A stretch of DNA of 35,232 bases from a virus. Its lineage: Duplodnaviria > Heunggongvirae > Uroviricota > Caudoviricetes. Where the stretch lies: the IMG/VR virus record IMGVR_UViG_2541047821_000009. One strand, written 5' to 3'. Shown here one piece after another: positions 1 to 8,680 of the stretch (its first letter is position 1; each line of letters begins with the position of its first letter). The notes under the pieces are model-generated. The model saw only the letters and a program-made list of their open reading frames with translations. It did not search any database and was not told where the DNA came from. The position numbers were made by a program, and so were the translations under genes.

Positions 1-1011
1 TTATAACGTCACTCCGCCTTTTAGTGGATTCAGAGTGACGGCGTTCTGCAGGTAGTCAGGCGCAAGGTGCGCATAGGTCATTGTCTGCTGAATGCTCGCA
101 TGCCCCAGAATCTGTTGCAGTGCAATTATGTTGCCCCCATTCATCATGAAATGGCTTGCGAATGTATGCCGCAGAATGTGGGTTGCCTGATTGGGAGGTA
201 TATCAGGTTTCACTCTGCGTAAAATCCCGCAAAACTTCTCATAATCTACCTTGAACAATTTGGCGCTGGCCTCCTCTTTAACTTTTTTCTCCAGTTCCTC
301 AGAAATCGGCACTGTTCGCTTTTTACCGTTTTTGGTTTTCAGGAAGGTAACCCTGCAACTTGTAATCTGTGCTGGTTTTAGCGTGGCAACTTCCGTCCAT
401 CTTCCTCCAGTGCTCAGACATAAAAGCGCGACAAGTAAGTCATCACCAGTCAAAACATTTAGCAGTTTTTCGATTTCCGCTTTTTCCAGGAACGTCATTT
501 CAGGGTTAGCCTCCGTCAGTGGCGGCAGTCCGTGAATTGGGTGTTGCCCGGAAAATTCATCCAATTGAATTAATTTTGTGAACATGCCGGATAATCGGTA
601 CATGTCGCGGTTTATCGTTGCAGCACTGATGCCGTCACGTAGTCGCATGGAGCGATAATCCATCAAAGCCCTTTTGTTCATCCGACTCACTGGTATATCA
701 CCTATGCCGCTGATGGTTTTGAGCAGATGATTAAACTCTTTTGTCCCATGCTCGTGGTTTTGCCCGTGGTATTTCCACCAGATGTCGAGCAATTCTGTCA
801 AAGTTCGGCGGTCTGCTCGCTGGCCTCCCCATTCTTTCTGACTGGCATTGGCGATTGTGTATCGCTCAAATGCTAGTGCTTCAGCTTTTCTTTCAAATTT
901 CCTGCGGATGCGTTTTCCGTCGCGACCGCGAGGTCTAATGTCCACTTCATAGCGACCATCATCGAGCTTCTTAATTGCCATAAGAAAGCCCTCCGGCGCT
1001 GTATTCACCAT
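1..1011 (-). CDS. int: Tyrosine recombinase (P2-type integrase)
   Basis: 336-aa ORF; C-terminal box II 'ILRHTFASHF' and catalytic Tyr context 'TMTYAHL'; sits at the prophage end beside the C repressor as in P2; minus-strand stop codon at bases 1-3. Confidence 0.9.
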   Translation of the reverse strand: MVNTAPEGFLMAIKKLDDGRYEVDIRPRGRDGKRIRRKFERKAEALAFERYTIANASQKEWGGQRADRRTLTELLDIWWKYHGQNHEHGTKEFNHLLKTISGIGDIPVSRMNKRALMDYRSMRLRDGISAATINRDMYRLSGMFTKLIQLDEFSGQHPIHGLPPLTEANPEMTFLEKAEIEKLLNVLTGDDLLVALLCLSTGGRWTEVATLKPAQITSCRVTFLKTKNGKKRTVPISEELEKKVKEEASAKLFKVDYEKFCGILRRVKPDIPPNQATHILRHTFASHFMMNGGNIIALQQILGHASIQQTMTYAHLAPDYLQNAVTLNPLKGGVTL

Positions 1012-1050
1012 CTTGGTAGCAAATGGTGAAAATGTAATTTTTATATAGAG

Positions 1051-1344
1051 TTAGCCAATCCTTTTCGCGGAGTGGTCGGATTCTGTTGATTCTGGCCCAA
1101 TGTGCGCGAGAGCCGGTGCGATTTGTCCCGCTTCCGGCGCTGTTTTATCTGTCATGAGCCATAGTGTGTATTTTTGGAACTGAGGTGCATTGGTGACCTG
1201 CAACACAACTTGGATGCCAGGGTCTTGATGGCCTCCTTCGTAATTCTTTAGCGTTCCTAACGCTATGCCGCTGATTTCACTGAATTTTGCTTGAGTTAGC
1301 CCTTCCGATTGTCTTATTGCTCTTAATTTCTGTGCGATATTCAT
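1051..1344 (-). CDS. C: Immunity repressor C (HTH, XRE-like)
   Basis: Internal Met 'MNIAQKLRAIRQSEGLTQAKFSEISGIA' gives a 97-aa product (P2 C is about 99 aa, from memory); helix-turn-helix signature; divergent from cox; the longer 158-aa track ORF is probably an upstream read-through. Confidence 0.75.
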   Translation of the reverse strand: MNIAQKLRAIRQSEGLTQAKFSEISGIALGTLKNYEGGHQDPGIQVVLQVTNAPQFQKYTLWLMTDKTAPEAGQIAPALAHIGPESTESDHSAKRIG

Positions 1345-1374
1345 TTGACATAGTCCTGACTTAATGACTATATT
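1345..1374 (+). promoter_or_regulatory. Candidate early promoter Pe (TTGACA-N18-TATATT)
   Basis: TTGACA at 1345-1350 and TATATT at 1369-1374 with 18-bp spacer, reading rightward toward cox; the -35 directly abuts the C start codon; TGACT direct repeat inside the spacer may be operator half-sites. Confidence 0.4.
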
Positions 1375-1375
1375 C

Positions 1376-1409
1376 CCCGAAAAGGTCATTAATCCAGAAC
1401 CTTTTCGGG
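1376..1409. repeat. Perfect 11-bp inverted repeat (CCCGAAAAGGT-N12-ACCTTTTCGGG) in the C/cox switch region
   Basis: Read directly: cccgaaaaggt (1376-1386) and accttttcggg (1399-1409); lies just downstream of the candidate Pe -10. Confidence 0.5.
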
Positions 1410-1479
1410 CGTGAGTCCAGCGCCGCTTAAACGGTTCCAAGCGGTTTTTAAGGGGCTGGATCCTATGAGGGTAACATAG

Positions 1480-1752
1480 ATGGAAGTTAATGATTATGTG
1501 ATTAAGTACCCGCTTGATGCGGTACATGCGGAAAAGTTTGCAGATTTATTGGGTAAACCAAAAACCGCAGTTACAGAAATGATAAAGGCTAACAAGCTAC
1601 CGGTTATCGAGCTTCGAGATCCAAATAAGCCGAAGGCCCGCGCCGGTGAGAAATGGGTTTTCATTCCAGAGTTTAATCGCGCTGTGCGTGAGGCGTTTTA
1701 TAACCGACCGGTTGAACAGCGTGATGCATGGCTTTTGTGGATGGGGTTGTGA
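1480..1752 (+). CDS. cox: Cox-like excisionase / early-operon regulator
   Basis: 90 aa (P2 Cox is about 91 aa); first gene of the rightward early operon, divergent from C; motif 'KLPVIELRDPNKPKARAGEKWVF'. Confidence 0.7.
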   Translation: MEVNDYVIKYPLDAVHAEKFADLLGKPKTAVTEMIKANKLPVIELRDPNKPKARAGEKWVFIPEFNRAVREAFYNRPVEQRDAWLLWMGL

Positions 1753-1754
1753 TT

Positions 1755-1925
1755 ATGAATGAGCCGCGTTGTATTGCTCAGTTACTGCGTAACGAAAGCC
1801 CCAGGGCGATTGACTTCACCATCACCCACGGGAAGGGACGCAAGGGAATCATTATCCGCACCAAAAAACAGAGTCCGTTAAAAAAGGCTCTGACCTTTCT
1901 GAAAAGCCGGAGGGTATGGAAATGA
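1755..1925 (+). CDS. Small early protein (P2 orf78-like position)
   Basis: ATG at 1755 three bases after the cox stop; fills the cox-B gap; no recognisable domain. Confidence 0.35.
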   Translation: MNEPRCIAQLLRNESPRAIDFTITHGKGRKGIIIRTKKQSPLKKALTFLKSRRVWK

Positions 1926-2422
1926 CAGTGATGACGCTCAATCTCGTTGAAAAACAGCCAGCAACTATGCGCCGGATAATTGGTAAGCATCTTGCCGTCC
2001 CTCGCTGGCAGGATACATGTGATTATTATAATCAGATGATGGAGCGCGAACGGCTAACGGTTTGCTTTCATGCACAGTTAAAACAGCGTCACGCAACGAT
2101 GCGTTTTGAAGAAATGAACGACGTCGAACGTGAACGACTGGTTTGTGCAATTGATGAATTGCGTGGGGCATTCTCAAAACGCCGTCAGGTTGGCGCAAGT
2201 GAGTATGCATATATTAGTTTTTTAACAGTCAGTCAGCGCCGTACTTTATTTATGCACGCACGACTGACAGAAAAAGAATTTAACCAGCCATACTGGCGAA
2301 TTAATGAGGAATCATGTTACTGGCGTGATGCTTTATTCCGTGCATTACGTGAATTATTCAGTCTGTTTGAGTATGCACCGACAATTCTGACGTCGGTAAA
2401 ACCAGAGCAATATCTGCATTAA
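1916..2422 (+). CDS. B: Replication protein B (helicase-loader-like)
   Basis: 168 aa versus about 166 aa for P2 B; position after cox/orf78. Confidence 0.7.
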   Translation: MEMTVMTLNLVEKQPATMRRIIGKHLAVPRWQDTCDYYNQMMERERLTVCFHAQLKQRHATMRFEEMNDVERERLVCAIDELRGAFSKRRQVGASEYAYISFLTVSQRRTLFMHARLTEKEFNQPYWRINEESCYWRDALFRALRELFSLFEYAPTILTSVKPEQYLH

Positions 2423-2485
2423 GTAATTAACCAGAGTTTTTAACGCACTTAATTGTGCGGGGCTTCTTTTTGCCTGGAGAAAGTC

Positions 2486-2710
2486 ATGCATACAGTTTCT
2501 GAAAATCAGTGCGGTAAATACGCATTACTGCTGCAACAGGCCAGAACCGAAGCACAGGCCGACGCAGCGACGCGCTTTTCTTCTCATCTTGACGTCATGA
2601 TTCGCCACATCACAAAGGCGGAGTTATCCCGCGTGGAGATAGTCGAGCTGCTCAGTCAGGAGTCGGAAAAATTTCACAACATCGGATTGTCTCGCGGGGA
2701 GGTGCTTTGA
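2486..2710 (+). CDS. Hypothetical early protein (orf80 position)
   Basis: ORF with GGAGAAAG ribosome-binding site before ATG at 2486; stop overlaps the next start. Confidence 0.5.
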   Translation: MHTVSENQCGKYALLLQQARTEAQADAATRFSSHLDVMIRHITKAELSRVEIVELLSQESEKFHNIGLSRGEVL

Positions 2711-3012
2711 TGTCCTGTTCTCGTTCAGTTGTTTTACTGAACAATGCCTTAAAAATCGCCGTTATGAAAAATGGCGATTTGTCTCTTATTCAACTTGGTC
2801 TTGATAAAGAAAAACGCGAAATAACTGAATCTGCTATCGCGATTTATCAGAGTGAATTAAACCTCCTGTCTGATGTGGTCAATTTACTTGTTAAACGCGC
2901 TGTATTTCACAAGCAAATTTCCTCCGTGGATGAACTGACAAAATTAACGACAGAAATCGCCAGCTATTGCGCTGATGAATTTAAGAAACTGAACGACAAA
3001 AGGAGCTGGTAA
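2707..3012 (+). CDS. Hypothetical early protein (orf81 position)
   Basis: 101-aa ORF, translationally coupled on both sides (ATGA overlaps). Confidence 0.5.
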   Translation: MMSCSRSVVLLNNALKIAVMKNGDLSLIQLGLDKEKREITESAIAIYQSELNLLSDVVNLLVKRAVFHKQISSVDELTKLTTEIASYCADEFKKLNDKRSW

Positions 3013-3236
3013 TGCCGGACAACGTGGATTTTATTCAGGAACAACAGGCTGAATTACTGGAGCGCCAGATTAACGCGGCAAGGGTAAAGCATTGCGGTGC
3101 TTCTGCGCTGGTTTGCGAAGAGTGTGACGCGCCAATACCTGCTGCCCGTCGTGCGGCTTATCCGTCAGCCACGCGTTGTGTTTCCTGTCAGTCAGTCTTT
3201 GAAGCAAAAAACAAACATTACCGGAGAACGGCATGA
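3012..3236 (+). CDS. TraR/DksA-family C4 zinc-finger protein
   Basis: 74 aa; 'CEECDAPIP...CVSCQ' CxxC-N17-CxxC motif; AGGAG ribosome-binding site. Confidence 0.65.
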   Translation: MPDNVDFIQEQQAELLERQINAARVKHCGASALVCEECDAPIPAARRAAYPSATRCVSCQSVFEAKNKHYRRTA

Positions 3237-3511
3237 GTATTCGTATTGAAATTGGCGAACGTTATGTCGTTACCAGTGACAGCTTTCAGTTTATTCTCCA
3301 CGAGAAAAAGAGAGCGGAAAGCGGTAAAAACGCCGGTCAGGAGTGGCTGGCGGTGGTTGGTTATTACCCGAAATTAAGCCAGCTCGTTTCCGGTCTGATG
3401 CATCACGATATTCTGACCGGAAGCGCAAAGTCTTTTGCTGATTTAAACACGCAGGTTGAGCAGCTCAGCAAGCGTTGTTCAGAGGCGTTCTCCAGAGGAG
3501 CGTCTGAATGA
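3233..3511 (+). CDS. Hypothetical early protein (orf83 position)
   Basis: 92-aa ORF, coupled to neighbours. Confidence 0.5.
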   Translation: MSIRIEIGERYVVTSDSFQFILHEKKRAESGKNAGQEWLAVVGYYPKLSQLVSGLMHHDILTGSAKSFADLNTQVEQLSKRCSEAFSRGASE

Positions 3512-4515
3512 TTACTGATGCTCGTTGCCATACTGAAAATACCATCAATGTTATTTTTGTTTCAGGTGGAAAGGACAGCCTTGCTCAGTGGCTTGTCGCT
3601 ATTGAAGAAAATGTACCCATATTGCCGGTTTTTGCTGATACGGGACATGAACATCCACAGACAATGAAATATCTGGATTATCTGGAAAAACGGCTTGGCC
3701 CAATTAAAAGAGTCAGAGCTGATTTTTCCTGCCGGATTGAATCAAAGCGCAAGTTTATCCAGACCAAATGGCCTGATTTGTTGGTTAACGATTGTGGAAT
3801 GTCGGAAGAAGAAGCGCACCAGCGCATCAGTTGTGCGCTGGAAATTCTCAAACCAACGGGTATCCCGTTTCTTGATTTGTGTCTGTGGAAGGGGCGTTTC
3901 CCATCAACCAAAGCCAGATTTTGCACATTTGAACTGAAACATGAACCCGTGCGTTCTCAGGTAATCCTGCCTTTACTCAATGAATTTGAGGAAGTGATTA
4001 GCTGGCAGGGAGTGCGTGCTCAGGAATCGCCATCACGCGCAGCTTTACCTGTCTGGGAAGAGGATGCAGACAACACACCCGGATTGCATGTATATCGCCC
4101 GATTTTGCACTGGAAGCATGAAGATGTATTTGCAATAGCCAGAAGACATGACATTAAGCCAAATCCGTTATATCAGCAGGGGTGTGGCCGTGTTGGTTGT
4201 ATGCCATGTATTCATGTCCGTAAATCTGAACTGGCAGAAATTTTTCGCCGGTGGCCGGAGGAAATAAAGCGGGTTGCTGAATGGGAACGACTGGTTGCGT
4301 CGTGCTCCCGTCGGGGAAATTCCACTTTTTTCCCATCCACACATGATCCGCTACGCGCAGAACGTCGTATTGAGGTTGTAACAGTCGAGGCATACGGAAT
4401 TGAAACCTACCATGACTGGACAATGACAACGCGTGGGGGTACTCAGTTTGATTTACTGGCTTCGGCGAATGATAAAGCCGTTTGCAGTAGTGTCTATGCC
4501 GGTGTATGTGAATGA
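3508..4515 (+). CDS. PAPS-reductase / DndC-like PP-loop ATP pyrophosphatase family protein
   Basis: 335 aa; N-terminal PP-loop 'VIFVSGGKDS' (SGGxDS); C-terminal Cys cluster 'GCGRVGCMPC'; coupled to A (ATGA overlap). Confidence 0.7.
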   Translation: MITDARCHTENTINVIFVSGGKDSLAQWLVAIEENVPILPVFADTGHEHPQTMKYLDYLEKRLGPIKRVRADFSCRIESKRKFIQTKWPDLLVNDCGMSEEEAHQRISCALEILKPTGIPFLDLCLWKGRFPSTKARFCTFELKHEPVRSQVILPLLNEFEEVISWQGVRAQESPSRAALPVWEEDADNTPGLHVYRPILHWKHEDVFAIARRHDIKPNPLYQQGCGRVGCMPCIHVRKSELAEIFRRWPEEIKRVAEWERLVASCSRRGNSTFFPSTHDPLRAERRIEVVTVEAYGIETYHDWTMTTRGGTQFDLLASANDKAVCSSVYAGVCE

Positions 4516-6803
4516 GTCATTCTTTCCAGGAGCAATACACCTGCGTACCTCCGTCAGCATTTGCCGCAGGCACCGGTAAGACGTTTACCGGTGCTTATGC
4601 ATGGAACGCGCCGCGCGAGGCTGTCGGGCGCGAAAGACCTCTTACACGTGACGAGATGCGTCAGGTGCAAGGTGTTTTATCCACGATTAACCGCCTGCCT
4701 TATTTTTTGCGCTCGCTGTTTACTTCACGCTACGACTACATCCGGCGCACTAAAAGCCCGGTGCACGGGTTTTATTTCCTCACATGCACTTTTCAGCGTC
4801 GTTTATGGCCGCGCATTGAGCGCGTGAATCAGCGCCATGAAATGAACACCGACGCGTCGTTGCTGTTTCTGACAGAGCGTGACCATTATGCGCGTCTGCC
4901 GGGGATGAATGACAAGGAGCTGAAAAAGTTTGCCGCCCGTATTTCATCGCAGCTTTTCATGATGTATGAGGAACTCTGCGATGCATGGGTTGATGCCCAT
5001 GGCGAAAAAGAATCGCTGTTTACGGATGAGGCGCAGGCGCATCTGTATGGTCATGTTGCTGGCGCTGCACGTGCTTTCAATATTTCCCCGCTCTACTGGA
5101 AAAAATACCGTAAAGGACAGATGACCACGAGGCAGGCATATTCTGCCATTGCCCGTCTGTTTAATGATGAGTGGTGGACTCATCAGCTTAAAGGACAGCG
5201 TATGCGCTGGCATGAAGCGTTACTGATAGCTGTCGGGGAGGTTAATAAAGACCGCTCACCTTATGCCAGTAAACACGCCATTCGTGATGTGCGTGCACGC
5301 CGCCAGGCAAATCTGGAATTTCTTAAATCGTGTGACCTTGAAAACAGGGAAACCGGCGAGCGCATCGACCTTATCAGTAAGGTGATGGGCAGTATTTCTA
5401 ATCCAGAAATTCGCCGGATGGAGCTGATGAACACCATCGCCGGTATTGAGCGTTACGCCGCCGCAGAGGGTGATGTGGGGATGTTTATCACGTTGACCGC
5501 ACCGTCAAAGTATCACCCGACACGTCAGGTCGGAAAAGGCGAAAGTAAAACCGTTCAGCTTAATCACGGCTGGAACGATGAGGCATTTAATCCAAAGGAT
5601 GCGCAGCGTTATCTCTGCCGTATCTGGAGCCTGATGCGCACGGCATTCAAGGATAATGATTTACAGGCCTACGGTTTGCGTGTCGTCGAGCCACACCATG
5701 ACGGAACGCCACACTGGCATATGATGCTTTTTTGTAATCCACGCCAGCGTAACCAGATTATCGAAATCATGCGTCGCTATGCGCTCAAAGAGGATGGCGA
5801 CGAAAGAGGAGCCGCGCGAAACCGTTTTCAGGCAAAACATCTTAACCGGGGCGGTGCTGCGGGGTATATCGCGAAATACATCTCAAAAAATATCGACGGC
5901 TATGCACTGGATGGGCAGCTCGATAACGATACCGGCAGACCGCTGAAAGATACTGCCGCGGCTGTTACCGCATGGGCGTCAACGTGGCGCATTCCGCAAT
6001 TTAAAACGGTTGGCCTGCCGACAATGGGGGCTTACCGTGAACTACGCAAATTGCCTCGCGGCGTCAGCATTGCTGATGAGTTTGACGAGCGCGTCGAGGC
6101 TGCACGCGCCGCCGCAGACAGTGGTGATTTTGCGTTGTATATCAGCGCGCAGGGTGGGGCAAATGTCCCGCGCGATTGTCAGACTGTCAGGGTCGCCCGT
6201 AGCCCGTCGGATGACGTTAACGAGTACGAGGAAGAAGTCGAGAGAGTGGTCGGCATTTACGCGCCGCATCTCGGCGCGCGTCATATTCATATCACCAGAA
6301 CGACGGACTGGCGCATTGTACCGAAAGTTCCGGTCGTTGAGCCTTTGACTTTAAAAAGCGGCATCGCCGCGCCTCGGAGTCCTGTCAATAACTGTGGAAA
6401 GCTCACTGGTGGTGATACTTCGTTACCGGCTCCCACACCTTCTGAGCACGCCGCAGCAGTGCTTAATCTGGTTGATGACGGTGTTATTGAATGGAATGAA
6501 CCGGAGGTCGTGAGGGCGCTCAGGGGCGCATTAAAACACGACCTGCGAACGCCAAACCGTCAGCAAAGAAACGGAAGCCCGTTAAAACCACATGAAATTG
6601 CACCATCGGCCAGACTGACCCGGTCGGAAAGAATGCAAATTACCCGTATCCGCGTTGACCTTGCTCAGAACGGTATCAGACCGCAGCGATGGGAGCTTGA
6701 GGCGCTGGCGCGTGGCGCGACCGTAAATTATGACGGGAAAAAATTCACGTATCCGGTCGCTGATGAGTGGCCGGGATTCTCAACAGTAATGGAGTGGAAA
6801 TGA
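4512..6803 (+). CDS. A: Rolling-circle replication initiator endonuclease (gpA)
   Basis: 763 aa (P2 A is about 761 aa); HUH-type metal motif 'HHDGTPHWHMMLF' and catalytic Tyr region 'YIAKYISKNIDGY'. Confidence 0.85.
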   Translation: MSHSFQEQYTCVPPSAFAAGTGKTFTGAYAWNAPREAVGRERPLTRDEMRQVQGVLSTINRLPYFLRSLFTSRYDYIRRTKSPVHGFYFLTCTFQRRLWPRIERVNQRHEMNTDASLLFLTERDHYARLPGMNDKELKKFAARISSQLFMMYEELCDAWVDAHGEKESLFTDEAQAHLYGHVAGAARAFNISPLYWKKYRKGQMTTRQAYSAIARLFNDEWWTHQLKGQRMRWHEALLIAVGEVNKDRSPYASKHAIRDVRARRQANLEFLKSCDLENRETGERIDLISKVMGSISNPEIRRMELMNTIAGIERYAAAEGDVGMFITLTAPSKYHPTRQVGKGESKTVQLNHGWNDEAFNPKDAQRYLCRIWSLMRTAFKDNDLQAYGLRVVEPHHDGTPHWHMMLFCNPRQRNQIIEIMRRYALKEDGDERGAARNRFQAKHLNRGGAAGYIAKYISKNIDGYALDGQLDNDTGRPLKDTAAAVTAWASTWRIPQFKTVGLPTMGAYRELRKLPRGVSIADEFDERVEAARAAADSGDFALYISAQGGANVPRDCQTVRVARSPSDDVNEYEEEVERVVGIYAPHLGARHIHITRTTDWRIVPKVPVVEPLTLKSGIAAPRSPVNNCGKLTGGDTSLPAPTPSEHAAAVLNLVDDGVIEWNEPEVVRALRGALKHDLRTPNRQQRNGSPLKPHEIAPSARLTRSERMQITRIRVDLAQNGIRPQRWELEALARGATVNYDGKKFTYPVADEWPGFSTVMEWK

Positions 6804-7255
6804 TGGCAAAAATTCACGAGGTAAAGCTGCACGCTAAATATTTTGACCTTGTGCTGGAAGGAAAGAAACGCGCAGAGTTTCGGAAAAATGACCGTAATTA
6901 TGAGCGCGGGGACACGTTGATTTTGCATGAATGGGTACAGGGTGTGTATACGGGGCGAAAGGTTGAAGCCCGGATAACAGATGTTACTGACCTGTCAGAC
7001 TGGCTGGAAGATTATGTCTTGCTAAGTATTGAGCTGCTTAATACAGGCGCATATGAGACTGTGAACTGGAAAGAACTTAGTGAGCGTGGTCTGGTATTCA
7101 GAATTAATCATGAAATTATGCATCAGCTCGGCCTTGCTGTTATGTATGAACCAGAGACGGGGATGTCTGGCGGGGCAATGGTTGCCACGGATGGAGCATG
7201 GAACTATTCAGATGAACAGATGGAGCGTGCACAGCAAAACGGGTGGCTTGGATAA
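6800..7255 (+). CDS. ASCH (PUA-like) domain protein
   Basis: 'EGKKRAEFR' matches the ASCH G-K-x-x-E-x-R signature; ATG overlaps the A stop; first gene of the accessory locus. Confidence 0.6.
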   Translation: MMAKIHEVKLHAKYFDLVLEGKKRAEFRKNDRNYERGDTLILHEWVQGVYTGRKVEARITDVTDLSDWLEDYVLLSIELLNTGAYETVNWKELSERGLVFRINHEIMHQLGLAVMYEPETGMSGGAMVATDGAWNYSDEQMERAQQNGWLG

Positions 7256-7467
7256 TGCACAGAATACCAGGCGAGATACCGCACCATAAAACTAAAAATA
7301 TCAAGCTGATGGCTATTGTTCACCGTCTACAGCAGATTATGGTCAACGAAAATTTGACGCCTGATGAGCTAGTCGGGTGTGCCGAAATAGTCCGGGATAA
7401 TTACGGGCGACTTAACTATATCGGTATCGGTCAGTCCAGAGTTGCGCCACCACCACGTAGACGATAG
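7255..7467 (+). CDS. Hypothetical small protein
   Basis: ATG overlaps the ASCH stop (TAATG); 70 aa; no recognisable motif. Confidence 0.35.
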   Translation: MHRIPGEIPHHKTKNIKLMAIVHRLQQIMVNENLTPDELVGCAEIVRDNYGRLNYIGIGQSRVAPPPRRR

Positions 7468-7593
7468 AGAACGCCGCCAGTCGTGAAACTTGTTTTCAGG
7501 GCTGGCGGGGTTGAACAACGAGCGAAGCGAGGCGTTAGTTCAATCGATGATCATAAGCTTATGAGTTAAGCCTCGAGATTTTGTAGAAAGGGT

Positions 7594-7601
7594 TGTATAC
7601 T
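7594..7601 (+). promoter_or_regulatory. Candidate extended -10 element (TGTATACT) upstream of the methyltransferase
   Basis: TG-N-TATACT read directly; GGAG ribosome-binding site at 7617-7620 and ATG at 7626. Confidence 0.3.
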
Positions 7602-7625
7602 GGACATCGTATGGATCTGGAGTGA

Positions 7626-8651
7626 ATGATGATTGTAAAGGTGATAGACCTTTTTTGTGGTGCTGGCGGATTAACTCATGGTTTGCAACTCGCAGGTCTT
7701 GATGTCGTTGCTGGTATTGACCTTGAGGGGGAATGTCGATTTCCCTATGAAAAAAACAATAAATCAAAGTTTATTGAGAAAGATATCGCTAAAGTAACCA
7801 AAGAGGAATTACTGAAGCTATATGGTGATGCGTCTATAAAAGTATTGGCTGGATGTGCACCTTGCCAACCTTTTTCAAAATATACTCAAGGAAAAGATAA
7901 AGCGGAAGATAAAAAATGGCCTCTTCTTTATGAGTTCGAGCGTTTAATTCGCGAGGTATCTCCAGAAATTGTAACAATGGAGAACGTGCCTGATGTAACT
8001 AAACATAAAGTTTATAATGACTTTTATTGTTCGTTGTTAGAACTGGGATATTATGTTTGGGCATCAAAGGTTGATTGTGTCGAATATGGAATTCCACAGA
8101 ACCGTTCTCGTCATGTATTGTTAGCCTCAAAGTTGGGGGAGATTGAGTTAGTAAAACGTAATGATGTTATTTTGAAAACTGTTAGGGATGCAATAGGTGG
8201 CCTTCCACCATTAGAAGATGGTCAAACAGATCCAAATGATATATTGCATAGAGCCAGTAAATTAAACTCGATTAATAAAAAAAGAATTATACACTCTATT
8301 CCAGGTGGTACATGGAAGGACTGGCCGGAAGAACTTATTGCTGCTTGTCATATGAAGTCTAGCGGTAAAGGGTATGCTAGCGTATATGGGAGGATGTCTT
8401 GGGATAAGCCAAGCCCGACAATTACAACTCTTTGTTATGGTTTTGGGAATGGTCGTTTTGGCCACCCAGAACAGAACAGAGCTATTTCTCTTAGAGAAGC
8501 GGCTTTGTTGCAAACATTTCCTATGGATTATGTTTTTGTTGAAGAACAAGAAAAGTTTGTTATAAGAAGTATTGGAAAAATGATAGGTAATGCTGTGCCA
8601 GTTGAGTTAGGAAAAGTCATTGGGCAATCAATAAAAAATCATTTGAAATAA
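7626..8651 (+). CDS. DNA (cytosine-5)-methyltransferase
   Basis: Motif I 'LFCGAGG', motif IV 'GCAPCQPFS', motif VI 'TMENVPD', motif VIII 'QNRSRHVLLA', C-terminal 'GNAVPVELG'; AT-rich codon usage unlike the phage backbone. Confidence 0.85.
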   Translation: MMIVKVIDLFCGAGGLTHGLQLAGLDVVAGIDLEGECRFPYEKNNKSKFIEKDIAKVTKEELLKLYGDASIKVLAGCAPCQPFSKYTQGKDKAEDKKWPLLYEFERLIREVSPEIVTMENVPDVTKHKVYNDFYCSLLELGYYVWASKVDCVEYGIPQNRSRHVLLASKLGEIELVKRNDVILKTVRDAIGGLPPLEDGQTDPNDILHRASKLNSINKKRIIHSIPGGTWKDWPEELIAACHMKSSGKGYASVYGRMSWDKPSPTITTLCYGFGNGRFGHPEQNRAISLREAALLQTFPMDYVFVEEQEKFVIRSIGKMIGNAVPVELGKVIGQSIKNHLK

Positions 8652-8655
8652 TAAA

Positions 8656-8680
8656 ATGGCCTGCTTTGCAGGCCTTGTGA
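8656..8680. terminator. Bidirectional intrinsic terminator between convergent genes
   Basis: Hairpin GGCCTGC-ttt-GCAGGCC (8658-8674) flanked by an A-run upstream and a T-rich tract downstream. Confidence 0.55.

Noticed and set aside
1344-1527. N-terminal extension of the C repressor ORF to 158 aa
   Set aside because: The extension would run through the promoter/operator region and overlap the cox start; the internal Met gives the expected ~99-aa repressor.
6767-6799. Upstream extension of the ASCH ORF (MAGILNSNGVE...)
   Set aside because: It overlaps the 3' end of A; the ATG at 6800/6803 overlapping the A stop fits the translational coupling seen throughout this operon.
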